Source: Octopus sinensis
Lineage: Eukaryota
DNA length: 64,000 nt
Direction: 5' to 3'
Assembly: GCF_006345805.1 (NCBI RefSeq)
Contig: NW_021835991.1
Location: 372,001-436,000 of the forward strand
Part shown: positions 1 to 12,932 of the stretch, in pieces
How the letters are laid out: the number at the start of each line of letters is the position of its first letter
Position numbering within the stretch: position 1 is the first letter of the stretch
Notes under the pieces: model-generated
Seen by the model: only the letters and a program-made list of their open reading frames with translations
Told to the model about the DNA's origin: nothing
The model's database searches: none
Program-made: the position numbers and the translations under genes

Positions 1-931
1 AATTTAAATTAGCGAACAGTTTTTTCATTTCTTCTTTACCCATAATATATTAATGGTTTTTTTGTTAGTTTGGGTGATAGTGTAATTAAAAATTTTAAAT
101 ATTCGACAAAATTTTTATTTTTTGGTTTAAAATAATTTTTTTGTACTATTTTTGAAATTAAAACTTTAACAGTTAAAAACAAAAATCAAAATAAAATTAT
201 CATGACCATACTCAGAGGTCAGAAATCTTTTTGTGGCAAAGAGCTTTAAACATAGAAAATATACAATAATTAATGCGACGGTTGTCCATGTATATCTCAT
301 TTGGCAGTTTTATTAAATCGGGAATGTAGTTAGTCATTTTTAATTTTACACAAGAATTGAGATCTTCCTCGGTTAGCTGACTCTTCAATTTTTATTTTAT
401 TGAATTCATTTCTGACAATGACTTTTCACAAATATATTTTGATCCAAATATTGTTATAATTCCAACTCTGGATATTTAATTCCTTTGGTACCAAGTAAAT
501 ATCCGGATCCAAACAAATTCAAATTTATAAGGAAACCGATTGGTGAAACTTCTAATTATTACAAAGCTATGAACAGGAAAATGAATGTTCATAATAGTAA
601 GTATGATTATAATGTCGGTGATAAAGTAAGAAATAAAAAACTAATAAATAGATTCGAATTAAAAAAGATTTTGAAACTAATTTATCGTTGCGAATAGATA
701 AATTCGAATCACAGTACTATCCATCAGCTAAAATAATAAATATTTTGTCGAATTTTAAATTTATTTATTTAATAGATTAAACACTCAAATGGGGAAAAGT
801 CTATAGACAGGATTAAAAAACTTAATTAAATTAATAATTTTTGTAGTTGATAATTCAATAATAAGATTGTTTGAAGTTTATCGATAAATTGACAGATGTA
901 TTTTTTAATACAAAATGAAACAAATCAGATT

Positions 932-1800
932 TTTTTTAAAAAAATCAATAGTTTTTTGGAAAACCAGAAAAATCAAAATGAAACTAAAGTTAGTTAGAGG
1001 ACTTCCCCGCTTCGTAGATGGAGAAACAGTTTCCTCGTACGATGGCAAGGGAAATCCTCTGAAGGAGCCAGCCCGTCTTGCGTGTGTCATTTCTCTTCAG
1101 AGAGATCAGACGTCCGAGCTTATAGAGGAAAGTCAAAGACTTTTCCCCAATGACCCCTGAAGTCTCGACAGCAACAGGGGCGAATAGATATCGCTCCGAG
1201 AGTTCTCTATATTCGCAATCTTAAGCTTTTCTGTTCTAAGGGACACCGAACCGGCTGCGACGGCTGACAAGGGAAAATTAGGTTCAGAGAAGTATCTGAA
1301 CATGTCGCGTCCCAAATCAGCGACTTGCCGAACTCAAAGGGGAAGGTGGATAGACCGTCAGGTCTTTTTCCGTCTTCCCTAGCAAGCCCAGCCGGTTCTA
1401 GGATGATGGAATACCGGCAGCATTGAGACCCCTCAAGACAACGTCATTAAGGCTGTGTGGCGTGGTGCCCGCCCAGCACTGCGTCTGCAGGAAAGAGGGT
1501 GTAGACCGTACTGGTCGATCATGGCCCCACAGCGGCACTTGTGAATTGCACAGATCTTCAAACCGAGACGCAGAGAAATAGCGACTCTGAGACAATCGCC
1601 GTCTAGTAGTGTCTCGATGTTCGGTAGGGGAAGGGCGTCAAGCCAGGCCCCACTGCCCGGACTGCAGCCCGCACGAAGACAGGCCAGCCTGTGCTGGTCG
1701 AAACTCTAAAGCAGGACAGAGGAGAGAGTGTCACAAGTGATCGAATCCCACTGACCCTGGACGGATGGGTCGGCAGGTCTTTTGGTATACGCAGAATCCC
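932..1800 (-). mobile_element. 5'-truncated CRE-like (RLE-type) non-LTR retrotransposon, frameshifted 3' half
   Basis: Minus-strand translation across frames gives GAWLDALP, CRCG..GLHPLSC, RHTALND, GKRPDG, WDATC, VETSG, LQRISLAIVRGN*. T-run tail at ~932. Near-perfect TSD aaacaaa(a)tcagatt at 918-931 and 1801-1815. Confidence 0.85.
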
Positions 1801-2425
1801 AAACAAAATCAGATTAAAATTGACAGATTAACATTAATTGAAGGTCAGTGTAACGCGGATCCCAAACGTATCATTTTGCCCATGTCACATATTAAATATA
1901 TAGAAGAAAAATGTCTGTTTATTCTAAAAAATTCTTTTTTAACAATTATTTATAAATTTATTAAAGCGAGCCGCAATATAATATTAAATTAGCGTTAACT
2001 CAGAAAACTGCAAAGGGAAATCTGAAGAAGCCGTGTTAATCAGTAAATGAGAGATTCGATAGTTTTGTTAGTTAGCCGGACATCTTAAACAGTTAATATT
2101 TAACGACATTTACTGCAGCAACAAGTCACATTCTTTCCACGTCACTGCAGTAGTGCCCCACCTGACACTAAATATCCATCAATATTGCGCCTCCTCAAAT
2201 GAAGACACTTTAATACTGCATGTAGTGATTTATTGTCACCGGTTGTGAATGATACCAGGCTGAGAACGATCGCGCAAAATCGATTTTGCCTCAAGTGCCG
2301 TAACACCGGTAGTTAACGGCAGCGAGCGACAAATTTAAATACAAGTCATTAAGTTTTCAAACCTAATAAACTCTAATTTCTGCCCTTTGGACAAAAAAAG
2401 AAACGTGTAGGAAGGAAGGAAAATT

Positions 2426-3405
2426 TTTATTTTAAATAATTAGTTAGAGAGGCTGTTAGTGAGGTAACATAAGGAGACCTTCGGCATTCCTGCCTTTTCG
2501 GTCCAGCACACACGCTCGCCTCTCTACACAACCACAGGTTAGGACTTACCGTCTTACCTGCCACCCAGTCATTATCTTCTCTAGGACCTCAGGGAGGCCT
2601 TTGAGGGACAATTCCTGGGCGTTGGAGAGCTCATCACGCCATCCTAAGCCATAGGCTAGCCGGATGGCTCGTCTTCTTACTTTCTTAAGCGCGTCAACGT
2701 ACTTCTCCCTGTCCTCGCAGAAGTGCCAAGCGTGCACGCCATAGGTTAACACGGGTAACACCATGGCGTTGAACACACGGAACCAGGCACCTCTCCTCAA
2801 GTGGAAAAGCACGCAACGCGCCTAATCGCTGCATTGCACGCATTTTAGTACGTGCAATGTGATCATCGAACTTACCTGACTGCTTGAAGACCACGCCCAA
2901 GTAAGTCGTCCGATCAACTACAGCGATCGCTGACCCGTCCAGCGATAACCTAGGGATAAAATTAGTGTAACCCCTCGTCCTTTTACAGACTTTAAGGACA
3001 CTGCACTTGTCCGCACACATCTTTAGACCCCTACTCCCACACCAGTTTACAAGTTCATCCACAGCAACCTGTAGCCTACGACACGCACACTCTGGTTTCA
3101 TCGACTGATCCCAGAGGATAATGTCGTCTGCATAGATCACCATTCCAGTACGAGCATTGACTGGCATAGGTGCAGAGGCCATAAAGATATTAAACAGTGT
3201 GGGACTCAGCACAGAACCCTGAGGGACCCCGCGAAGGACTGTTGCGACTTTAGAAAAGACCCCCTGGTGTCGCACGACCTGACCGCGAGATTCGAGGAAC
3301 CCCGACAGCCAGCGCCTTAGACACGGAGAAACCCCACAACGTGGCGAGGGAACTCCGCAGGCCGTCGTGCCACACCGAGTCGAAGGCCTTTTCTATGTCA
3401 AGACT
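2426..3405 (-). mobile_element. Jockey/I-group-like LINE reverse transcriptase fragment
   Basis: GVPQGSVLSPTLFNIFM, IYADDI, TYLGVVF motifs; frameshifted; GC-rich block with sharp edges. Confidence 0.8.
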
Positions 3406-4605
3406 AACTAACATACCACACTCCCTTTCTGGAGGGCGTTCTTATTTCGGAAGACACCTTCCACAAGCAGTCTCCACATGAACGACCCTCCCTGAAGCCC
3501 CATTGGAACTCCGGTTGTTTTTAAACGCTTCTCGATCTGTGTGAAATATATGACAAACTCTGAAGAAAATCGAACTATGAAAAAACCTGAACAGTTCACT
3601 CGCTCCCCGACAGTATGTCAGTCGTGCCTCGTGTCAAACCCCCGCAAACGGGGAATCCACTGCGCCCTCTGCAATGCCCATTTCCACCTGAGCTGTGTAT
3701 CTTTGTCTAAGGCGACTGCAAGTGCTTTGGGCGCATGGCACTGTGCCCGCTGCCTCTTCAACTCAAAGGGCGCTGGGCCAAATCGGCGACCCTCTCGTAC
3801 TACTACCCGCCACAATCTCTCGACTGAAGAATTTATTCTGTCCCTGTCTTCGCTTCGTGGCACAAGAGACATCCCTCTCCGCATTCCCAAACAAGCCCGC
3901 CTGACGGCCGCTTCCTGCCTCGAACAAATTATCTCAGAAGCACTCAGTTCCGAAGAAGACCTCCCGTGGTTCCGTATCTTCCTGTTTGCACCTCTCGTCC
4001 TTGGAAACAAGCACGAGCCGACCAATCCCGGCAAGGGAATCTCGTCCGCAATTAAGTCTCGGGCAGTTTCTTTCGGCGAGGAATGCGACAATCTTGTCCT
4101 ACCCTTCCCTCTTCCCTCCTCTCAGAGGAAGTCCCGGTTATGCGAAAATGGCATCGGACAGGACGCCAGGATGATCGATCGGGTGAATCGAAAGTTCCTC
4201 GAAGGAGACGTGAGAGCTGCCCTCCGTGAATCGAAAACTCTGAAGACCTAAGGCCTTGGACTCCCCCCCGAAGCCCCACACCGATGATCATCACTGAGGA
4301 AGAAGTTCTGTCGGGAATCAGATCTTTCGGAGCGAGCAGCAGCGGGGGAATTGACGGCCTTCGGCCGGGGCATATCAAGGACATGACTTCTGCGATCACC
4401 GGGGAATCCGGCTCTCGGCTCTTGTGTACAATCACGAAACTGGTCGGAAGGATCATCGACGGAAAGATCCCCCTCTTCGCGAGGAATCTCTTTTTCGCTG
4501 CCCACCTTCACGCTTTTCAAAAAACGGACGGAGGTGTCCGCCCAATAGCGGTTGGCAATTACTTCAGAAGGCTCTGCGGCAAAGTTTCTGCCAGGCAAAT
4601 AACGT
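3406..4605 (+). mobile_element. 5' part of a CRE-like retrotransposon with N-terminal PHD finger (disrupted)
   Basis: C4HC3 pattern CQSC..CALCNAHFHLSC..WHCARC, then EGDVRAALR, SSGGIDGLRPGHI and GGVRPIAVGNYFRRL, which match the start of the 54316-56643 ORF. Confidence 0.8.
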
Positions 4606-5089
4606 AACAAGTATTTCAATAGGTGTTTGGGCAATCAATAAGCGACTAAAGGAGGAATTGACCACCGCGAGACATCAGTAGAACCTGTTGAGGACACGGA
4701 CGTTGTATCATGCCCCATGAGTCTAGCAAAAGAAAAAGGATTATTTTTTAATTATTTTTTGAATGGCTTCTTATCTATGCCTGCTTTAACTTGTCAATGA
4801 AGAAAAGTATTCACATTTGCTTTTTAAACTGCATTTGTAACTTGACCTTTAAATAGGTCAATTATTCAAATATTAAAATGAAATTTAATGGAATTCAAAA
4901 AATCTGATTTAAATATCCAATAAGAACGAAACGGAATAGATGAGAGCGAACTGTTCACAGTCAAGTCTGCTAAAATCTACTTTGAATCTGCCCGTAACTA
5001 TAAAAATTAACTTAAATAACTCGTTTGGTATTGATGGAGCAGAACTGGGAGAAATCATTGTACTTTCCAATTATGATATTTCAAGAGTA

Positions 5090-6542
5090 AAGGAATCTGG
5101 GGAGTGTTACCATTAATTATCGGTATCATATTTCTTGTTTTAGTTTTTTTCTATCTTTTGTGTTGCAAACCTAAGAAAAAGTTAGAGGGAGAGGAGAATA
5201 GATCGACATTTCTTTGCCATTCAATAATTTCGCTGGCAATTGCGTATATTTTGAAAAATCTTAACTTCTCAGAATAATTTTTATCTATGTTGGCTATTCT
5301 TCGTCTATTCTCCAAAAAAACGTTGATGATATCCAAAAACCATATATTTCTATAATTTCCAGTTTTACTGACATTACTGAACTAATTGTATGTATTAATT
5401 TTATTTGCAATGAAATAGAATGAAAAAAACAAATCTGTTAGAGTCATCATTTCAGATTGTCTTAAAGAAGCAAAAAATATCATTAAAGATCCTAAATATG
5501 ATGATTTTAAAAATAACCGGAAAGACAATATCGACAATTTATTAACAGACCTTGAAAGTAAAAGTGGAGAATTTAGCATTGGTGATATTGATTTGGAATC
5601 ATTTGATCTCTCAAAATATGAAGAAACGCGAAAAACAATAAATACATACATACAAAAATACATGTATGTAATTTTTAACTACCTAGTATTCCTTCCTTAA
5701 TGGGAATATCTTATACTTCAGCATTTTTTATTTTTTTGATAGGAATCATGAAGTGGTTTAGAAAAAAGACCATTATTAAAATGTATTTTATTAATATTAT
5801 TTACAAGATTATGTATATTTATGGTTATTCTGGGATTAATCTTGTTGGTTATCGGATGTATATTTACAGCTGTTTCAATGGTGAAATAAATTAAATTAAT
5901 AGTAGATTTTAGCAAATGGATGTCCCAAAATAAATGTATTTGTGAAACAAATTAGTTAGTGTAATAATCTAATTGACTTATAGATAATAGCCACATTACT
6001 AACATTTTTCATATGTGACAATGAAATTCAGAATCCTATCGTATATATAATTCAAATTAGATTTCCGATTTGAAAAAAATAACAATTGAAAATTATTTTA
6101 ATACGACTGAAATATCTTGCGATGACAGTCAATTTGAATCAACACTTCCTGACTTAAATGTCATCGAGGAAACACTCGATGATCCAAAAATCAATAATCA
6201 ACCAGTCTCTAAACCACTTGATGAGTACAAAACTCAATGTTATGAAATTAGAAATAAGATATCAGTTATTCAAATAATTTAACTTTTTATGAATTTAGGA
6301 TCTAAAGAACAGGACTATACAGAAACTTGAAACAATTCTGAATGAAATTATAACTAAAATGGAATTCTATTTAAGTTGCAGTGGAATCTCCGCATATGTC
6401 ATAAATATGAAATGCACAATTTGCTCTATCTTTGCGTACTTTTGAGCCTGATATCTATTTTAGACAAAACATAATTCTTTTAGGAATTATGTCAATAATT
6501 GGGGTCATAATATTTTTTCTAATCCTCCCTTTGACCCTTTAA
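5090..6542 (+). CDS. Multi-exon multipass membrane protein, prominin/tweety-like architecture (5' end unresolved, at least one indel)
   Basis: Tiny GT-AG introns (e.g. 5664-5686, 23 nt; 6436-6463, 28 nt) join hydrophobic segments: FFYLLCCKPKKK..IISLAIAIIFIYVG, IPSLMGISYTSAFFIFLIG, LCIFMVILGLILLVIG, LSCSGISAY..CTICSIF..NIILLGIMSIIGVIIFFLILPLTL*. Family call is from topology only. Confidence 0.5.
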
Positions 6543-7538
6543 ATGATAAAATAATATATTAATCTTTCTAACAAAGTGACTAATTTAATGGAATTATAAT
6601 TTTATTTTTTATACAGCAGATTTAGGATTTATTTGAAATCAATAGATTAACATAATGAGCAAGTTGTGCTAAAAATCGTAGAAAACTTAATGTGTTAACT
6701 TTGAACAAATTATTAATGCCATTTTGAGAAACCATTCCAGGAGATTGGTTCTATACAAGAGTCACAGATCTTATTCCAAAATGTAAAAATCTGATGTTTC
6801 CAAATATGTTACAGATTGGGTTGCCAACTTTTAGTTTGGCCATTCCAGGAAACGATCAATTTTAGACTGGAAAGCCAATATCGCTTGGCAGCTTTGCTTT
6901 CTTCTTCGGCGGAGTTTTACCAAAATATCATCATATGAAAATTCTGAATTGAAACAGTATGTTCGACTGACTCGGTCTGTGAAGAAGCAATAGGATTAAA
7001 ATTTCAAAATACAAGTAGTTAAGTTCAACAAAAATATAATAAATTTTAAATGGATTTAAATAATTATTTATATTAAAAAAAAAGCGTATGAAATTAGTTT
7101 TCAGTTCATTAAAATGTTTTAATTCAGACAAAATACTGATTAATTAATAAATAGCCTCTGGGTAGGCTCTAAGTGTCAGAGTTGATAAATCTGATTTATC
7201 ACTCCAAATTACTATAATTTTGAGAATAAATTTATTTGCGTCGTCTAATTTGGTTCCATACGGGAATACAGATGGTAAATATAGGTAACAAGTACCCCAT
7301 GTTTTTTTGGGAAACAAAAATTAAAATTTATTTTTGTTGAATTAGATCAGAAGGTTAAAAACCGCTGTTTTTCCTTGGAGCCAAATTGAAATTTTCGAGC
7401 GATTTGCCAGAGCTGATACGAACCAAAAAATCCTTTCATGTTTGACACTAGTGGATTCCACGTGACACATACAATCAGTCTTTTATTCGTAGAAATTTTT
7501 AATATTTCTGGTTTTCCATATTTTATCCATTTTGTCGA

Positions 7539-8181
7539 TATTATTATTAACACATTCCGTAGGAACTAACAAAGTTATAATCCCACACGTGTCATAACGA
7601 AACAATTTTCTCGACCATCCTCGTCCATGCCCCTCTGCGAGATCCTGCAAAGATTCTAGGTCGTCCCAGTTTTTGAAACTTTCGCGATGAAGTCCGAGAT
7701 CCCTTTCCAGAACTGCCAGAAGAGTGGATCTAGGTCTCTTCCACGAAATTTGTATCCATGTTCAGGGAAATAATCGTCCATTGCCTGATTGGCCCGAGCT
7801 CTGAGGTCCATTTGCAAAATATGGCCAAATAATTTCAACCGGCCTCCAACGATTTTCTTGTGACAACGGCTTAGCAATCGTAGTGTCTATACAGTGATAG
7901 TTTGAACGTCACAAACTCGGCTCCCTACTTGGAGACAGTGAAGACATTTCTCGACAAAGATGCTTGCTACCGCGGCTCTGCGGCTAAGCAGAATACGTAA
8001 AATGGCTCAAGCTTGGCCTATAAATCGAGCACTCAGATCAAGGCTTTTATAATGCATTAGTAAAGCCCGTTCTACTATACAACTCGTCAACATGGGGGAT
8101 CTCGGACACTGAACTAAAGGCTATAGACTCTTTTCACTGTAAACAACTACAGGTTTTACACGGAATACACTGGCCATCAAA
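7539..8181 (-). mobile_element. 5'-truncated RTE-clade LINE with inverted 5' segment
   Basis: Minus 7590-7895 encodes RLKLFGHILQMD..FRGR. Plus 7920-8180 encodes the preceding LYNALVKPVLLYNSSTW..HWP. (TAA)n tail; candidate TSD tttgtcga at 7531-7538 and 8182-8189. Confidence 0.75.
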
Positions 8182-8299
8182 TTTGTCGAATAACGTTTGA
8201 TTTATAAATTATGTTTTTTCCGTATTTTTATATTTAAAAGTTTAAATCTTTATTTAACAGTTCCATGTTTTTTAAACTGTTCTTGGTGCCCTTGATGCA

Positions 8300-8720
8300 C
8301 CTCATAGAAAGGGAATATGATTTTATTGTACTATATCTATTGTCTAAAAAATATGAACCTGGAATGACAGAAGCCAAAAAGCGAACAATTCGAAGAAAGT
8401 GTAAGACCTCTTCATTTTGCAGACGATTAATTATTTTTTTATTCCAATCAGGATAAATAAATTTGTTATATGTCCTTTTAAACATGAAGGATTCAATCTA
8501 TTTTTTGTGATGAACATAATTTGTTATCTAATTTCTCAAAAATATATTGGAAAAAACAATTATATTCGTGATTTTGTATCAAAATATATTCCGTGCCAAT
8601 CATTTAATTTTAAAGTACTTGTAAAAACATCAGAATGATTTCTGTGGAAAGAAATACGTACTTATGATTTATCGCCGACTGTATAGATCTGAGGCGGTAT
8701 TCTGCAAATAATGAAGGCGC
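8300..8720 (+). mobile_element. Degenerate Ginger/Gypsy-type integrase relic
   Basis: Fragments EYDFIVLYLLSKKYEPGMTEAKKRTIRRK, IRDFVSKYIPCQ and ADCIDLRRYSANNEG resemble integrase N-terminal and core-entry segments. Confidence 0.45.
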
Positions 8721-9988
8721 CGAAAAAGAGATTAACTGAGAATCGGGAAAGAACGACGGAAATTTTCTTAAAAGTGAAAACTCATAATGAAAAATATTAA
8801 AAAGTTACAGAAGACGCAATAAAAATTTTCGAAAGAAATCAAATAAAACGCTTTTCGTCACATAAATAAGGACCGGCATGGCAGCACACAATCACACAAT
8901 CATACGTAGTTGAATACAGACTCTGTTGAAAACGGAATTTATATTATACAGACTTTTTGAAACATGTTAGTAAATTTTATTATCTATTTTTATTTTTGAT
9001 TTGAGTTTTAGATTTAGTCAATATCTATATTTTATAGTCTTTTTAGCAATCAACAAATAGTTATAAACTATGCATTATAACCTCCAACAATAAATTTAGA
9101 GCTGCTATCGAATCCCGGAACATATATGACTCATTACGGGGGCTCCACTCGGACGTTTTTTCCCGGACTTAATTACGCAGAATTAGTTCAGCAAAATAAA
9201 AAAGCACATAGTCAGAAACTACTGCATCAATTTAAAAAGCCTTCGATTCAGTAGATTATTATTAACTCAAAGATCACCGAGAAAATAGGTCAGAACTAAC
9301 TAATTAGATGATCCCTGCCTCCAACAACAGCCGTATTGCACAACTATTATATTTGACTAGTTGATACTGAGTTATTTAAGTATGAAATGATTGACGATGC
9401 CAATTCAGTCAAAATTAATTGAATACAACCAGACGGTTGACTTACAATTTCGGAAGAGGATTACGCTTAATTTGTTTTATAGTGAAAATATGCTTTTCTG
9501 AGTTCTTATTGACTTAAAACACTAAAATCATATTACCAAGAAAGCTTCTGGATTTCTCAGGCAAAAAAGTTATTTTTAACTTGTCTGACCACTATTAAAA
9601 AATACTTCAATCACAAATGTTTGCTTGATAAAAAAGTTGTAATCCAACAATGAGCTTCGGTTGATCTGCAAAACAAATACTTACTGAAGCAAATTTTTTT
9701 AAACAGTAAAAACTCCATTTTGTATAAAGTGCTAAGGAGGACTTTATAAATGTTAAAATATAGTCAATGGCTTGTATTAAGTATAAATAGTACTTATTGA
9801 TTAACATAGAATTGATGTACAATTCAAATTTTTAAAAATAGAAGATCTCTAATACCAATGAGAGGACACATGCACATATAAAATCACTTAAAAACAATAA
9901 TTGGACATTTATACACACTTTCGTCATTAATTGTTCATATTTTAAACCAGACTGGCAATAAACACAACTCGAGTAGTTTATAACAATG

Positions 9989-11002
9989 TTAGTAGGACAG
10001 AGTCAGATAGAGTTTTTTTTGTAGCTTAAGTTGCATTACTTGATAGCTAAGGAATTATAACAAACTATAACCGTCTTTTCACATTTTGTATTTTTTCTGA
10101 GTGTTCTGCTTCATATCTACTCAGAATTTCAAGAAGAAAATTAGAGGAAAATGATATACTACTACAGCGTCTAAAACTCAACACAGACACCACGCTATTC
10201 TGTGGCACTCCATTTTCCCGCCGCTCCCGCAAGTAGACTATTGGTACACTGAACACTTTCAGATCCCTCAAAAGGTGCACGAGTGGTTTATCAAAGAGTC
10301 GAGTTCTCTCTCTACTAAAAAGTAGAATTTGGTCTCCTTACTGTGGGAGACGTGGAGGAACAGGGAATACTCCCGGAAGTCATTGGTTATCTGTACTCCC
10401 ACATCCAGGACAACCTGGAACTTTTGGAAGAGAATTTGAATCACTTCAAAGGCCATAGAGTCCTGGGTGACGTATATCCCACTCGCAGTCCCCCGCTCTG
10501 GCTTGTAGATTATCACGTTTGGGTCCTGTTTGTTTTATATACTATTGGACCTCGGAGGTTTTCTTTGACTTTTCTACTTTCTGAAGTGATTTTGAGGAAA
10601 TTGGGACGGGATGAGAGATTTGTGTTGTCACGTCACGACGAGTAAAACTGAGTTGATTTTGTACGTCCCAAACAACTCGAATTCTTCCACTAATTTTGAG
10701 ATCTTGGTTTCTCTGAGTGTCAACATGGGCACTAACTTTGTCCATTCGGAGGAATGAGACTACGTTGCTCACTTTGTTGAACTGCTCCACTGCTTTAATA
10801 GCCGTCCCTGTCACATTGGCCTACATCAAGACTTACCTTTGCATACTAATTATATCCTGTTAATAATCTTACATTTTATTGGCTGATCAAATCTGTTATT
10901 GTCAAATAATTAATTATTTAAAAAGACCATCTTATAAGTAGTCAAGAGTAGTCTATTCGAATTTACTGAGTCAATTCCTCCAAGTTGGTAGTGAGAGCTC
11001 AT
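9989..11002 (-). CDS. RASSF2/4/6-like Ras-association + SARAH domain protein (multi-exon; one apparent 1-nt deletion; 5' exons tentative)
   Basis: Spliced product LKISGRIRVVWDV..YKPERGTASGIYVTQDSMAFEVIQILFQKFQ..YSLFL..DKPLV..VYLRE..VPQN..EILSRYEAEHSEKIQNVKRRYQ follows the C-RASSF layout. Introns 10526-10550 (25), 10391-10414 (24), 10315-10341 (27) and others. Confidence 0.7.
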
Positions 11003-11663
11003 CGTGGTACAAAAAATATTGGACGCCCACAATTTATGACGACTGACTACTTGTAGATTTTCCATGAGCTGTCTCCAACTCTTCGAAAGAAATCTCGGTT
11101 TCTTGATCTGAGAGTGATTTTGACATTTCCCTGTCAAATAATTTATGAAAACTTTGTTTTTTATACTTAAGATTAAAAAACAATTTCTTAATTATTTTTG
11201 TTTTGTTCGTTTATATAATTTAATCTGATAACTAAGTTGTTACGACTCAGAAGTATCTTAACATCTTTTTACTTTATTCTCAAGTAAATTATTTCTCTGG
11301 ATGTTGATAAAATCGAAACAAAGACTTTAACATTGATGCAACATTCTCAATAAAAATGAAATTTTCAAATCCTGCTACAAGTGATCAAGAGCTTAAATCA
11401 TACTTTAATTTCAAATTTTTAACTCGATCATAATTTCTTTTGTCTGGAACAACCGTTTTCGTTGTATAATTAAGAATCCTCTCTGATTAGACATAGGTTT
11501 AAAAAATTAAGAAAACAAACTTATATAATTCATTTTAAACCTAGAATTTTGAATATTAATTCAAACTAATAAAACAGCCAAAATACATTTTTGATTTTAA
11601 TTGCAACATTTCTTATTTTAATCGTTTCTATTTTATTAAACAATTAAAAATTTTTTTTAATGT

Positions 11664-12454
11664 TCAATCAAACATATCACATTTTTTTAGAAAATCCCTA
11701 TGAGCATACATATACTCTTTAGGATGACGAGAAAGATGAGCAGCATGACTAGAATTATCCCAATAAACACTCTTCACATTATTCTTCTCAGATAACCTCT
11801 CAATAACCCTCTCCAAATAAACTCGATCAGACATTGGATCATCCAAGGAATAAAACATTAAAGTCGGTGGATGATTATCGGCTGTACATAACTCATTAGC
11901 AAGTTTATCAGCTCTGTCTATTATTCTTGTTAGGTACAATGTAATAAACAAAGTAATAGGCCACCCAACGAACAGAGGTTAATGAAGAAGAATTTATTGA
12001 CATACCCAAAGCCATATTCCTGAGTTCCCCACATGCCACACTGTCAAAATTTGTCCTACGATTTTGGCTTGTCAGATTTCGTGAAAGGCCGTAAGAATTT
12101 AGAGACGAGAAAGCCATGAAAGATAAATAAAAACTCCAATAAAAATACATGAACGAATATTTTATCATATTTTGGTGAGTTTTGGTCAAGAAAGCCCCGT
12201 AATGTTGTCTGTGAGACTTTGGTTGTATTTCTGACTAAGTAATTGCTGAATTCCACCTTGAACTGAAGTATATCACAATTGACGTGTTGATAGAGCTTAA
12301 AGTAGCTGTAATGAGATGACTTTTTTGAGGAAACCCACGGAAAAAACAATAATAGAGAACGATTTTTTTGATGATTAATTTTTTTCTCATAAAAAATTAT
12401 GTTTTTTGAAACATTGAATTGTGTATATTTTGATAAGATAGAATGTGGTCGCAT
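11664..12454 (-). pseudogene. TMEM53/DUF829-family alpha/beta-hydrolase-like gene with several frameshifts
   Basis: LFFPW..IFVHVF, (K)IVGQI(F)DS, LMFYSLDDPMSD, WDNSSHAAHLSRHPKEY spread over three frames; may be assembly error rather than a true pseudogene. Confidence 0.7.
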
Positions 12455-12932
12455 ACAACGAGTACAAAATTTATTTAATATTAAAAATATTAATCAATGA
12501 TATAAATAAAAGTTTTTTGCATAATTTATAGATAAGATTTAATAAATTAGTCTCTTCAAATAAATTAGTGTTATCGCAAGATAATGTCTATATTTAAAAT
12601 GATGCGGATTTTTCAAAAATCAATGAATGAAAAAAATTTGTCACCAGATAGCCTCATCTGACATTAGTCATCGCCAAAACTAACAAAATAAATCATCGCT
12701 CGTACTACAAATACTTGTCATACTTGTTTACTTGTCATACGAGGCAAAAATTCTTTGCAATGGCCACTCATAAAACGAATTGCTCTTACAATTAGTCACT
12801 TGTACTATACGATATTCGACTGAATAATAATTTTTCTATTTAATTTTTAATGTCTAAATAAATCAATATTTTTTAGAATAAATTTTGATCTTTCTTAAGA
12901 AACAATTCTAAACCGAATGCGAAGTTTTGTAT

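Noticed and set aside
2019-2330. Hammerhead-like ctgaagaag motif and possible BEL/Pao gag knuckle (FCLKCRNTG)
   Set aside because: No matching GAAA/stem partner; peptide similarity too short to support a call.
3408-3520. HDV-like ribozyme in the CRE 5' region
   Set aside because: One stem is present, but I could not assign the P1.1/P2/P4 pairings.
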